Below, piece after piece: positions 38,432 to 51,623 of a stretch of DNA of 64,000 nt. Positions within the stretch are counted from its first letter, which is position 1; every line of letters begins with the position of its first letter. The notes below the pieces were generated by a model that did not search any database, was not told the origin of the DNA, and worked only from the letters and a program-made list of their open reading frames with translations. The stretch comes from Hyphochytrium catenoides (Eukaryota > Protista > Hyphochytriomycota), in assembly GCA_900088475.1 (NCBI GenBank), contig FLMG01002850.1, positions 1 to 64,000 on the forward strand. The letters run 5' to 3'. The position numbers were made by a program, and so were the translations under genes.

Positions 38432-41092
38432 TTAAATCTCCTGCATCTTACTGACCCTCCAGTGTACTCTAAGAATCAGCTCTATAAGGTCTGACTTCTC
38501 AACACACATTGAACGGTCAACCTGAGCTCTGTCAAGCAAACGGTTCAGCTGCTTTATCGCTGCAGCTTGCAGCTCCTCTCGACCCCAGCCTTGCAGAAAG
38601 ATAAAAGAAAAGGGGGTAAGGAATAAGAAAGAGGATGGGTTCGTCACTCATGCTGTTAAATAGAAGAGAGCCAATTCTACACAGCCGAAGTAGAAGCTAC
38701 GGGTGGCGTCAGACGAAGAGAGACAGGCATATTACTGATAGGTGAACCGTCAAGAAGGGGGTCCTACAGACAGATAAAGTGAAAGGTGATAGCCCATGAG
38801 TTAATCCGAACCGGACAGTAGAGGGTTAGGGTGCTCATAAGGAGGCTCTACCTTCGGGCAGCGGGTCCATTCTGCAAATTGTCCTTGGAGAGCTGGGAGT
38901 AGGCGGAGGAGCCTTGTAAGTGTGCCCAGTGAACGATGAGAGATGGCATATTGCAGTCTCATAGAACTCTTCCGGCCGGGCACTATTATGTCCTCCGGCA
39001 AAGCGGCATAGCTGTTTAGGGCCGTTATAACTCTTGTATAGCTCTTCTCCGTGAGATGGGGGAATAAGTTCATCCTGCTCCGCGATACCAAAGAGAGCGG
39101 GCACAATCATCCTGCGACGGACGATATGGATAGAGGTCCGTTAGCAACCAACGCATCACATCAGCATGGGCAGAGAATACCGCGCTGGGTAAAAAAGTAC
39201 GCTTGTAGAACAAGAGACAAACGCCTCATCACAGCTTGATTCACAAAGCAAAACAAATAAGAAAAGCATAGAAAACAATGATAAGCCCATGAGGGTTATC
39301 AAGTACCCAGGAGAATCAGAAACAGATGAGAGACGACATAGAGCCGCGAGAATCGAAGGCAAGGGAGACGAACGTAGAGGCACCAGCTCATACTTGTGCA
39401 CGATCTCAACAGGCTTGAGTTTGTACATATCGAAACCAGCCCGTTTCTTAACAGTCGAGCTGACCATTCGCAGAACAGTGGACACGAGGAACTGCAGGAC
39501 AGAAGTAGATGCTATGTTAGAGTAAGTACCATCTAAAGGAGTACTAGAAGCGCTGACAACCGTACTGTCAAGCGAGTAGCGACCGAGCGAGCGACAGAGA
39601 CACCAAAGCCCAGTTAGAGGACGTTTCGAAAGCAAGATACTTTACGGAGAGTCTATTCATTTTGGTCAGATCATCCCACTTCTTTCCTATGCACTCGCTT
39701 GCTTACCTTCGGAACGTTAAGCTTTCCTCCGTCCACAAGATCCAGTGCCAGGCGAGGAAGAGATGCGAAAGGACAATCAAGGATAATGGCAGCTACTTTT
39801 TTAGGATTCCTATAGGCACAGAGCAATGCAGCTACCGCGCCCATCGAACGCCCATAGATACAGATACTATACATGACATGGGGTAGAGCAAAGGCGTCAA
39901 ACATGGTACAAGGGGTCGCTGAAACATGATAGGGAGATAATGAAGAACGGAAGACCAAGAATCCACAGACGGCTTTGGTCAGGAGGCCATACAGAACATA
40001 CTATTTCTACCTGTTGACAGAGTTGTCCTTAGAGATATATTCCATTGCCGTCTCCGCATCTTGGCTCTCGTACCATCCGAGAGACACGTAGTCTCCCTAG
40101 AACATTTGTCGTAAGAAAGCCTCTCTTGAGTTGGGCACCGCGCGACACAAGAAGAGCCAGAAAAGACAACCAATTGATTTGGTATGAAGGGAAGGAAGAC
40201 TGGTGGAGAGGCAAGAAGCGCAACCTACCTCTGACACTCCAGAGCCACAACAGTCCATGGCGAAAACAGAAAAGCCAGCCTCTACGCAGTAATATAGCAC
40301 TTCGGCTGCACTGAGACGGCAGGAGCTATTTCCGTGAAGCACGACTACGCAAGGACTTTTCTCTACCCCTTGTCTGACAAACATTCGCAAAGTTATTGAG
40401 GAGAGCCCTTGAAAGGATGGAGAATAGATGAAAGATGTAAAAGGTGTTCCTACAGTTGCGGCTTCCACCAGCTGCACTCCAGCTTGAGCCCTCTGGAACC
40501 GGTCAGCGTAATGTCCTCGCGCTCCACGAAAACACCCGCAATTTTCACTGAGGTTGGGCCAAGATCTTCTAGCTCATAAGTTGGTCTGCATTCAACGGAG
40601 TCCCAAATCAGTGAGAACTGTGAGGTTAACGAAAAACGTAGAGTCAAAAGAGAAGGAAAAGAAGCTACGTGGCACATTAGAGTAGCAACGATTTCACTGA
40701 TAGAAGCACTTTCATCTTTGCTCAGCTTGAGTGCGCTGCGAGCGAAAGCAAGCGGAGACAAGGCTTGATGAGGCGAAGCAGTATACAGGAACGTTCGTAG
40801 TGAGATAAGAACCGCAGTACAACGCATGCAGAGAGGCAATAGTACGGCTGCTACCACGCACCTATAAGGTCTGATAACGGTATTCACTAGCCCTTCGTAG
40901 GCAAGCTTCAACTGGTCCCAAAGGCCGACCTTCTTTCCTCGACCTCCTCTCCTAGGGACGATCCTCGTTTCCGCCAGGGTTACATCGGTCTCTGTCACTG
41001 TTTCCGACTTCGACTGAGAGCCATGAGCTCCTCCTGAGGAATAATGAAAAGTCTCTTGTCAAGTCCTGGGTGGTCCTCTAACAACCAGCCAT
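38432..41092 (-). CDS. Alpha/beta-hydrolase (YqkD/ABHD-type) with a C-terminal SAP-like domain
   Basis: VIRPYR..YELEDLGP, PCVVVLHGNSSCRL, DCCGSGVSEGDYVSLGWYE, nucleophile GRSMGA, ILDCPF, Asp in QDELI and His in GGHNSARP. The start ATG is inferred via a micro-exon (MA|G). Confidence 0.88.
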
Positions 41093-42055
41093 CTTTTTGT
41101 CTCTCGTTTTCTGTCTCCAACGCATGCATGCAAACCCTTCGCTCTCTACTTCTACTTCCCAGGGTTCCTTGTCCCTTGTCCTATTCTTAAGTTAACCATC
41201 GTACTGCCTATTATACAAGTACCTCTTCGCTCCATGACGCTCGCCTCCAAAACTGAGAGCGGAGAAGATGACCCCAACTGTGTTCCGGGTCAGGGACAGG
41301 TTATCAAAACCTAGACAGTGACAACGACCTATGACTAGTCCGAGTAGAGTCCCGGGGACAATAGGCAAGGCATCAGGTGTCTGCCATTTTTAGTCAAGTA
41401 ATCAGAAGGCTCCTTCTTCTCTTTCTGGATTGTCTGGGGATGGTCGGGCAAGCTACAATAGTGGCAGTCCAGCCGCCAATTTATCACCACGCATTGTCTC
41501 CTCTAAGAAAGAAGCTGGCTTTACTTCCAAGCAATCGTGATCGGAGAAGGACGATTGATGGAACGGATGGAGAGCCGCGAGTCAAGGAGAGCGAGGAAGA
41601 TCTTCCAGCTTGAACCTGTACCAGCAGGAGCTGTGGCTGTTACTCCTCCGCCTGCCTCGCTTCTCAACTCAACAACTACGAGGACTTGAGCGCAGGAAGC
41701 AGTGATGCCTCCTCGCTCCCTGGCCTGATGACTTGCTCCACATTCTTCCCCTTTCATGTCTCCGTCACCGCTGTCAATCATCATCAGAAAGCAGGTTGCA
41801 GGTTTCTTTCCGTTGATGGCTGACCAAGCAGTAGAACACAGGTAACAAGACTCTAAAGGGTAAATAAAGGCGACAAAGAAATTGAAGGGTTTTTGCACAG
41901 AACGAGCACAAGTTGACGAATTGGTAGTCGCCTTTCTGCCTATGAGGAAGTGGTCTGACCCTTCGAATGAATGGGTGGGGCTGTCCAACGTTTGTCTACA
42001 TTCCTATTAGTAAATATATCAGATTCTATCCCCTTATTCGCATGTCCCTTCGTCG

Positions 42056-42120
42056 GAGCGTGTAGCTCAACTGGCTGAGCACTAACATGAAGAATAAAAC
42101 GCGGCTTAGGGGTTTAACTG
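42056..42120 (+). other. Degenerate tRNA-like/SINE-head-like element (A box with D-arm, weak B box)
   Basis: GAGCGTG-TA-GCTC-AACTGGCT-GAGC-A, followed by GGTTTAACT at tRNA-like spacing. No convincing acceptor or anticodon stem. Confidence 0.3.
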
Positions 42121-42678
42121 AGAGAACTCAAATCAGTTATCACACCCCAGTCTTGGTCGAGCTGCACAGGGTTTGATTGTAGGCTATTCTAGAATATGTT
42201 ATCTATATTATTGATATATTATGGTGGATTTGGAAGTTGACCATTTTGCATGTTCACATAATGAACTTTACTGATTAATCACAGTTTGATGATCAACTTG
42301 GTGTGCGTTACATTGTGAACAACTTCCTCTTCTGATCGATTGTGCTTTTATTCTGCCGATTCCCTGCCTTCGCTGAATCTTGGTCCTCGGACTCGGACTT
42401 GCCATCGCCTAATGGTCTGTAAGTGGCCAGCATGCGGCTGAGCTTCAGAGGCCTACAGCTGTGATCCAACCTGAGGCAGTTGGTCGCGAGTGGGTTGTCT
42501 TGCTGGACTAGAGTATGTCAAGATAACGTTATGGGTAAGAAACATCAAAGTTGTGAATCGACTTCCTGACTGGCCACAGAGTTTAGCCTGTGCTGAGGGC
42601 CAGAGGAGATCTACTCTCCCAAGCGTAGCAATGGCGCCAGGGTTCGGCCTATGTAGCAGCGTCTGACTCTACAGCAAG

Positions 42679-45600
42679 ATGTATACACTGAGCAAGCTCG
42701 TTGACGACTGTGCCTCAAAGAGGGCAGGGAAGCTGGAAGCCGATCTTCCCAAGGAGAAAAAGAAGGAATTGCTGCAAGATGCGTGGAAGGCATTCAACAG
42801 CTGGATTGAGGAAGTGTTTGAGAAGGGCAAGGTAGGAATCAACTTACCGCTATCATCTCTTTTACCCTAAGACAACAATATGTTGCGATCCCGCTAGATA
42901 TTCCCTCTTCCCTGAAACACCGACTGTTCCACTTGTTGTTGTGATTCCTGAGATATCTTCGCATCGCCAACTGCCGGGGCTTACTCTCCGTCTGTCGCTC
43001 AGGATCTCTTAGCCTCCCACGTTCGTTTTCTTTTCACTTTCCATGTGACTCGTTCTGACTGCGCTTTCTCTCACTGTGCTATTCTTTTGTTGTTCCTTCC
43101 TCTCCCCCTCTCTCTCCTTCGATAAAATCCTTAACTGCTGGACGAAGGGTGTGAGTATCAGCACCTTCGGCTCCATCACCTGGGAGGTGGTCTCCGGGAC
43201 CGATGAGACCGTCAAAAAGAGACCCATCTTCATTTTGGCTGAACAGTTTGCGAAGGCCAACAACATCATTTACAAGAAGCCTCTCAAAGCACCTGAGATA
43301 GTTCACTGTGAAGAGGTCAACTATTCGAAAATCGCGATCAGGTAAGAACAAGACCCACTGGGAATGGCTTATAAATGGAATGATAGAGGATGAGACAGCG
43401 AGTCGCGAGAGTGATGAACATATCGGTGGATTCGAGGAGCCCTGGGCTATTCTACAAGGCGCTGACCGACTTCACCGACGATAGGTACTCACAAATGCTG
43501 ACAAAGAATATGGTGTTCTCTGCCATAAGAGAACTTCTGCATAAGATAGGGCAGGTAGGCTCCAACTCTTTTGTCTTGGCTCCAAGCCCCCAAATCCCTT
43601 TACCGTCCGCTTATAGTTTCATCTTTACAGAGCCATTCTGTCCATTGGGTGGGGTTTCTCTTATACTGCTTGACCTTTCTTCGCTGACTTATTCACGTGC
43701 TTCACGTGCTCTCCCGAAGGTCTTATAGAAGTCCTCCCGACCGGGGTTTTGTTAGTTAGCACTTGCTAAGCGCTTTCACTTTATAGCTTGTAGGCAATGG
43801 GCAGAAGGTATCAATTGAACTTTCGGTGGGAACGTTGGTATCTCACGAGCGAAAACTACGAATGGTCTTCAACGCCAACTACTTTGCGAAGGTCGGAGCC
43901 AAATGCCCCTCATCTCCGGTTGCCCTTCTCAATTCGCAGAATAAGAATTATTGCGTTCCTTGCCTAACACTCTATTTAGGAAGCTCTCTCACTCATTTCA
44001 TTGTGTCAATCTAACTCCTGGCTCTACAGAAGAGCCCCCTGTGCGAGGATACAGAAGCTCAGTCTCAGGAAGACATAAAGGTTCAGGGATCCGTCGTCCC
44101 AACTACAGAGTCAGCTAGCCTAGTCTCGGCGGAGAGTCAAGCGGCCCTTGAAGCTAATTGCCGCCTACATGCAGCAGAAAATGAGAGAGAGGTGCTGCTG
44201 GAAGATGTTGACGACGAGACGGAAGATCCAGGGCTATTTCCTAGCGCCGCAACCCACACAGAAGAAGGGATCAAGGAGCTGTGTCGGGTGGAGAAAAGCG
44301 GGCGAATTCGTGCTGCAGAGGAGTACATTAAGCAGAACATCAGATTCAACGACGATGATGTGCTAGACAACGCCTATAAGGTAGGCGGTGAGATACTATA
44401 TTGACAGGAAAGCACGTTGATGAGAATAAAGAGTGGGTAGTGTAGGAGGACTGTAGAGTCCTATCACACGCTAACGTTAGAATCATCAGCGCTACGCCTT
44501 GGATATGGTTCGCCAGCAGGCAGTTGAGCTATCTGAAGCCCATCAGATTGAGCTCCAGCGGCAGAGGGTGGAGCAGGAGCTGCAGGTCCAGAAAGAGAGG
44601 AGGCTGGTGGAAGTCAAAAGGACCCAAGAGTTCATTAAGGAACAGATGGTAGGTAACGAAGATATGCATTTGAGCGAAAACTACTACTCTGATCTAACAA
44701 AATGAGGAAAGATCTGTTGAGGGCCAGGAGGGATAAACCGAGTAGAGTGACCAAAAGCGAGGGCGATACTGGGTTCAGTAAATTCATCGCCAGAGTCGCA
44801 CGCCATTCTAATAGCGATTTCCTCTGACTTTTGCTCGACAGCGAGGACGCATGGAGCTCAAGGCAAAAGAACTCCAGCAATGGAAGCAGCAGCAGCCCGC
44901 TGCCTACCCTCCGAAGCTGGAAGGCCTGAAATTCATGGTATCCAGGTCAAAGGACCGCTTGGGAACCGGTGAAGTGACGGAAGAGATAGAACAGCTCCGA
45001 AATGATAGGACGCAGCTCCAGCAGGACCTACTCTCGACGCTACAGACACAGGTAGCAAAGCCCTTGCACTTGCAGCTGTGATCGGGAAGACTTTCGGCTC
45101 GTAACTGTGCTCATGTGGATTCTCGATTGATACTAAGTTGGAGATGTTCCATCTCTCTATGACGTTCTTGCTCGCTCACCACCATTCTAACACCTGGTTC
45201 ACTGTTGTTTGGGCTTCGCTGTTCTGATCCATCAAATTTTTCTGCTTCCGCATCATCATGTTATGTCGCTACTGCTATTCGATGCAGATGGAGGAGAAGA
45301 ACTTGCGGCAAGCGCAGGAAAAACAGGAGCAAATATTGGAAGATATGAAGCTTCTGAATGCAGTTAAAGAGGAGATTGAGGAGCAGAGGAGGAAGCAAGT
45401 TGAGCAGACTGCTAAAACGAAGAAGTATCTCATGGACTCTTGGCGAAGAGATCAGCAGCTAAAGGCTGTTATCCAGGTAAGACTTGCTGAGACAGTCCCC
45501 CTTCACGAAGCAACCTCATTTTCCTCCTGATACAAGCCTCTTAGCTCCTGGTTTTGTTGTGAGGTTTCTTCGTCTCCCTGGTCTCCCTGTCTTGCAACTG

Positions 45601-45855
45601 GGGCTCTCTGCGACCTATTTTTTACTCCCATAGCTCTTAACATAACCTATCGTCTACTTAACCTTTCCGTCACAGGACCATCAGGGCGTTCTACATTCGA
45701 CGTCACCTTCCAAAGTCCTTAGAGACGTGCCATCTAGATTTCCTCTCCCACCCCCGTCTGCCCCTAGCCCATCATTTCATAGACCCAAGACAGACTTCTC
45801 CGTAGGTTTTGACCTACGAGCAGCCACTGCTCGTAAAAGCGATGAGTTTGATTAG
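42679..45855 (+). CDS. CCDC81: CCDC81-like protein (tandem HU-like domains plus coiled coil; centrosomal/ciliary)
   Basis: AWKAFNSWIEEVFEKGK|GVSISTFGSITW...KRPIFILAEQF...VNYSKIA; MVFSAIRELLHKIG...VSIELSVGTL...MVF. Followed by E/Q/K-rich coiled-coil exons and an SVGFD tail. Confidence 0.8.
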
Positions 45856-46049
45856 ATTTCCCTTAGAGTTCTGGCAGGGAAGCCCTAAGTACTCTCTGTA
45901 CAATATAAAGCTGAATGCATAGATGAAGCAGCATTTGCGACACATGGCGGAACCGTCAATCCCATTGCTACATCTCACTGAGATCAACGAGTGATATGGC
46001 TTCAGCTCTCACAGCAAACGATTGTGGAAGCATGAGAAGTGCATCAGCC

Positions 46050-46554
46050 TTAAACCTGCACGTTTCTGAGCTGTTTCTCTAAGTACTCGTTCAGTGTAAG
46101 CACTCTATTCTTGAGATTTCCCCAGCAAACTGTCTGATCGCCATAAGCGCACAATAGATAGCTTCCTCCGCACTTGCTAACACAGAGCTTCGTCTCCTAT
46201 GAAGCAAATAAGGAGCTGGAGCCTCTGGGTTGAATTTGACACGACATACCTCAAAATCTGCAAGCATCACTTTTAATTTATCCTTAGAGGCGCTAGCCTC
46301 AGCGCCGCTCTTCTCAAATTCCACCCACATATTAGATACAATGGCTCCCACTACCTTGTCGTCTACGTTGGCAGGACTTTGTCCGTAACGTCCCAGAAGG
46401 GTCCCTTCCATCGTCATTAATCTAAGTAGGAAGCCGATTAGTTCACGTGTTACAGCTGGTAAAATATGTGTTGCAGATAGACGTACAGGCTAACACTGAC
46501 ACCATCCCCGGCAACGGAACCGAGAACCTCGGGCAAAAGCTTCGCGCGGATCAT
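46050..46554 (-). CDS. LAMTOR2: Ragulator subunit LAMTOR2 (Roadblock/LC7 fold)
   Basis: Three exons: MIRAKLLPEVLGSVAGDGV..., LMTMEGTLLG...VVGAIVSNMW...MLADFE|ETKLCVSKCGGSYLLCAYGDQTVCWGNLKNRVLTLNEYLEKQLRNVQV*. Colinear with LAMTOR2. Confidence 0.85.
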
Positions 46555-47187
46555 CTTGCCCCAATAGACCTAGCCAAGCCAGCCTCAGCAGAGTAGCCGA
46601 TAGGACTTGGACGTCGGCGTGCGTGGCCTTGGGCATCTACTCCGGTTTTCTCTATGGTTCTAATGGAGCTATGGAGTCTTCGTCCTTGATAGAGAGTTGC
46701 TGTCGTCTCTGCAAAGCAGCAGCTGGGTGCAGATCAGAAGTTAATGTTTGACGAGCAGCTTCTCTTGTCCAGAATACGGGCCTTTAGATCCATGAAATCC
46801 TTTACTAAACCTGGAAGAAATGCAGATCAGGTCATGCAAACTCACTTCATTGAGGCAAACACAGACTCTATTATCTTATGAGTTATATAGCAAAACGCAC
46901 TTACCTCTCCAAACCCATGCCTCCCAGAGATCCGAAGCTCTTCACAAATCTCAAGTCCATTCAGCTCGCAACAAGTTTCTTGAGGTTTTGAGGTGATGGA
47001 GGAGATCAAAAAGCTTCATCAACCCGTGAAGATCTGCGCGAAGGTTCATCAAATACCGATAGACGAGAGATCTCCTGTCTTCTCGCATTGAGCTAGGCCT
47101 ATCTTCAGAAGGCATCTTATAGTAGATCCATTTGAGAGAGTGTATCTTCCCTGGCTTGCACTATACTTGAACAGGCAGATCTGGATC

Positions 47188-49500
47188 ATGGATGGCAGAG
47201 TAGTGGGAGTGCTTGGTGGCGGCCAACTCGCCCGCATGATGGGTGAAGCCGCCCATCGATTGGGCATCCAGATGATGGTTCTTGATCCTGAGGGCGTCGA
47301 CTCACCGGCCGGTCAAATCACAGGAAGTGCAATTAAAGGATCCTTCAGAGATGAAGCTCTGATTCGCGAGCTCTCAGAAAAGAGTGATGTTCTCACCGTA
47401 AGCTGCACTTCAAACTAAATCTTCTTCCTTGTCACCTGCCTTTATCTATCTGAGTTTTCTTCATACCCACTGTTACATTCCGTCTTCCTCTTTCCATGTC
47501 GCTATTCTTTCTTACCATTCGCCTCAATCTTTTGCTACCGTTTCCTCACATAACGTCCAATGCAGATGGATATTGAGCATGTTAACACAGAGATACTTCA
47601 CCATCTTGAGGAGGAAGGAGTGCAGATTCACCCATCTCCTCACACGGTGCAGCTTATCCAGGATAAGCTCGTGCAGAAGAAGTACTTGAGGAGCAAAGAT
47701 GTAGCTGTTGCGGACTTCATGGAGGTAGAATCCGTGGACGAAGCCAGAGAGGCCGGAAACCGTTTCGGTACAGCTCAAACTTACAATCAATTTCTTTTGC
47801 TCGCGCTAACCCTATCAACAGGCTATCCTTTCGTGCTGAAGTCCCGCTTGATGGCTTATGATGGCCGTGGTAATCGTCTGGTGGAGTCAGAGGATGAGAT
47901 TAGTAAAGCCTGGGAAGAGCTCGGCGGTTCTCGGCTGTAAGTTACCATCAGCTAACTCAAAACGCCGAGAACCTATTGCTGACAAAGCCTACTTTTCTAC
48001 CTCGACCCTTATCTCTTTTGAACGTTACGTCTCCTCCGGTGCTCAGCTATGTCGAGAAGTTTGCAGACTTCACTAAAGAGCTAGCCGTCATGGTCGTTCG
48101 TGGCGCGGACGGTATTCGGAGCTATCCTGTGGTTGAATCTGTGCAGGAGAACCACGTTTGTGCTATTGTTATTGCACCAGCAGACATCCCTCCGTCCTCG
48201 TACCTCCATGCAAAAGCGATCTCCGAGAAAGCCATCTCTGTCCTTGACGGTCGAGGAATCTACGGAGTGGAGCTCTTCCTGCTCAAGGTAACGATCCTCT
48301 CGTGAAAGTGTTTCAGCGCATGCTGCCCTTTGTCTAAGTGTACTTGCCCTCTCGACGCTACGTCACAAGGCTCTTCCAGATATCACTATCCAACTCATCA
48401 CTGTTCACTTATAGTAGTTCCTCCGTGTGTTGCTTCGCATTTTATCCATCGCTAATAGAGCTCTCTGTTCCTTATCTAGAATGGTGAAGTCCTTGTCAAC
48501 GAGATTGCCCCGCGACCGCATAACACCGGTCATTATACTATTGAAGCCTGTGAAACTGATCAGTTCGAGAACCACATCAGAGCTATTCTAGGGCTGCCTC
48601 TAGGCAGTTGCGACCTGAAAGTGGGCGCCGCACTGATGTATAATATTCTTGGAGACCCCACTGCAAACCCTGAAGTCACCTACAAACCCATGCACGCGGC
48701 GATGAATGTGGACGGCGCCAGTATTCACTGGTATGGAAAGAAGCAGGTATGTGATATTCAGAGTCGTTTCGAAAAGTGCCACATGGCTGACCCCTTTTCC
48801 TGAAGCTTCGCGCAGGAAGGAAGATGGCACATTTGACTGTCACAGGTTCTTCTCGCTCAGAGCTGGCTGTGCGATGTCAGAACTTGGGCATCCCGTATAC
48901 ACTAACCGTCCGCAAGACCGCACAAGTAGGAATAATCATGGGCAGCGACTCGGACTTACCCACCATGAAGGATGCTGCTGAGGTGCTGGACAAATTTCAG
49001 GTGTGGCCACCCGATCCAGGAAATGAATCATGCCGTCGGTGGACTAACAGAATAACCAACTTCTCTTTTGTAAGGTCCCATATGAGCTCACTGTGGTGTC
49101 AGCACATAGGACGCCGAAGAGGATGTTTGACTATGCGCAAAATGCTGCAGCTCGCGGCATCCGAGTTATAATAGCAGGCGCAGGAGGAGCTGCACACTTG
49201 CCTGGAATGGTTGCTGCCTTAACCCCGCTGCCCGTCATCGGCGTGCCTGTCAAGACTTCCACCCTCAATGGCCAAGATTCGTTACTTTCTATCGTACAGA
49301 TGCCGAGAGGTGTCCCTGTGGCCACCGTGGCTATCGGTAACGCTACGAACGCCGGCTTATTGGCTGTGCGCATGCTTGGCATGTCCTCTAAGTCTCTAGA
49401 GCAGAAGATGGTCAACTTTATGGAAGGGCAGGAGGAGGAGGTGCTGCATAAGGCTGATCGGCTGGAGAATATTGGGTACCAAGAATATCTGAAGCACTAG
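47188..49500 (+). CDS. ADE2: Phosphoribosylaminoimidazole carboxylase (PurK-PurE fusion)
   Basis: [113 protein letters not shown]. Confidence 0.97.
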
Positions 49501-50248
49501 CGTGTAGGAAAGAGGAAGAAGGCTGAGAACGTACAATTTTACTCAAAGCGCTAATTTTGTCTAACACGGATGTTTAGCGTCACCTTGAAACCGTTACCTT
49601 ACACTTTAAGGCTGTAAATTTAGGATCATCTGATGATGGGTTGATGGCCTTGTAACGGCCCCAGATGCACCAGCTTCTGATGGTCTCTGTGGCGCCCGAC
49701 CTCTAATCCTCGTAACCCCAGTGATCGTGCACCCAATATGTGCGACAGCCGCACGCACCCTAAGATAGAAGCACGGATAGATAAGAGGGCGGCTGTAGCA
49801 GGCAGGAGGAGGAGGGACGAAGCGGAGACGGGACAACATCAAAGGGAGGACAGCCAAGAAAGACGGGAAAGGGAGGAGGTAAAAAGCGACACAACATCAG
49901 TTGATCGCAGACTACTCAGAGCCATCACATAAGGGGAAGGTCCGCCCTTCCAGTCCAGGAGGACCATTGCCCCGCCTATAACCAGGTAAGGTGCGACTGG
50001 AACGGAGCTTAAAGGAGCGAAGCTTAACCATCGCAAGGCGTCAAGGTCTTGATCTCAGCTTCTCAAAACAGCTTGATGATGTCTCCAGAACGGCTCTCCG
50101 CTGTCAGTCCTGAGTTGCCATACTCTTCCAACCCATGAATAACGTTATCTACCAAGACAGTAGAAGGCGGTAGACAGACAGGCTTATAAAGTCATGGGCG
50201 GCCTCTTAACTTGCTATAGTTGAGACCTAGGAGGGAGAGACTCTGACC

Positions 50249-51623
50249 ATGGTCAAGAAGAGCATCCTTCGAATCACGCCTATCATTGATAGGCCACACA
50301 CAGCCCAGGAACACGATGATCTCGCTACCTCCACTTCAGCCGCTGCCCAGGTTCCCGTGCTTCTTCCTCCTGCGCCAAACTTTACGCTCGACCATGTAGA
50401 TAAGGCTCTCAGCCTCTCCAAGCCGCCGTCTGTAGAGTATATCTTTGTAGAGGTGCTGGTCAACACCAGGATCCCATGCCACTTCAGTCACTTTGGTCGT
50501 TGGGGCCACTCGGCGGTGCGCTATACGCTGCCTGATGGGCGACAAAGAGTTGTGAACATCACCAGGCCGGAGGAGACGAACAAGTTGATGGAAGTGTACG
50601 ATCAGCCGGGGGATTACATTCTAGGGAAAGGAGGGAAAGGAGGCATCTTTTCCAGGGATATGGTCGGGGTCCGGATAGAAAACGTTGCGGAAGACTCCTT
50701 GTGGGCCTTGCACTACTTCTTCGAGTCCTGCATTGCCCGGTTTAAGGCGGATCCGACGGACATCCGCTTCGAATTGACTGGCGGCGTGGGAATGACGATC
50801 CTTAGAGAGTTATTTATTTTGAGGAGAAAGCCTACAGGAAACTGTGCTCGATGGTATGTTTGAAGTGGAGATTCAAGAATAATGGCCACCATGGCCCTGA
50901 AGTGCTTCCTCTGTCTCACTTCGCATCCCTCATCTCTGCTCATCACCGGGCATCTTTCCTTCCGTTGCGATCTGACCTTTTCCACTAGTCATTATAAATG
51001 GTGATCAAACGTTATTGACGACTGCTTGTGCATGTAGGACCTCGAGAGCACTAGAGCAGACAAAGCTGGTGGAGCGATCGTCCCTCTTCCCCAAAAAGAT
51101 CTTAATAGAAATGCTTGAGCTTGCCGTGGAAAAGGATCCAGACAACGTCCACGTAGTTTATTATAACCGCATCCACGCCACCAAGAAAGAAAAGAGCTGG
51201 CTGAAAACCGGGTTCTCCTTTCATAATCCCATGGCTATCTTCCTCCTTCCGTCAGCCATCTGGAGATTGTTGTTCTACTGGGATCTTAGAAATTTTGCTG
51301 ACGTGATCGTAGACAATGATGAAGGCCACACTCCGGAGGAGCTGGGAACGAACCTTGTTTGTACCATGACGAGAAAAAAGGGTAGAAGACTCTCAAAAGC
51401 ACTCAAAAGGCTTCTTTCGGTGTTGGATGCTCTATACTGGATGGGGCTTCTCTTTGGATATAACTTCATCTGCGCGGACTTTGAGAGTGCACAGGACTAT
51501 GAAGATCAGTATCTACGGCCCGGACTGCTCACATCTGTTTGTGAAGCTTCTTTCCCAAGGTGGCTCTCTTTACGTTTGCTCATTACTCTATCCCTCGTTA
51601 CAATCTATAGGTTGTTCTATTGA
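50249..51623 (+). CDS. Uncharacterised membrane-anchored protein with a His...Cys dyad (permuted papain/NlpC-P60-like), paralog A, single intron
   Basis: GRWGHSAVRYTLPDG...VVNI...GGIFSRDMVGVRIE...PTGNCARW|TSRAL...SLFPKKILIEMLE...NVHVVYYNRI, then hydrophobic C-terminal segments. Intron at 50854-51037. Confidence 0.8.

Noticed and set aside
46091-46417. ORF-track protein ending ...ISRIECLH
   Set aside because: It reads through an intron; the spliced LAMTOR2 model (46050-46554) fits the family better.
49131-49415. Antisense ORFs overlapping ADE2 and other genes (e.g. 21186-21602, 36004-36327)
   Set aside because: Shadow frames of real exons, with no independent evidence.
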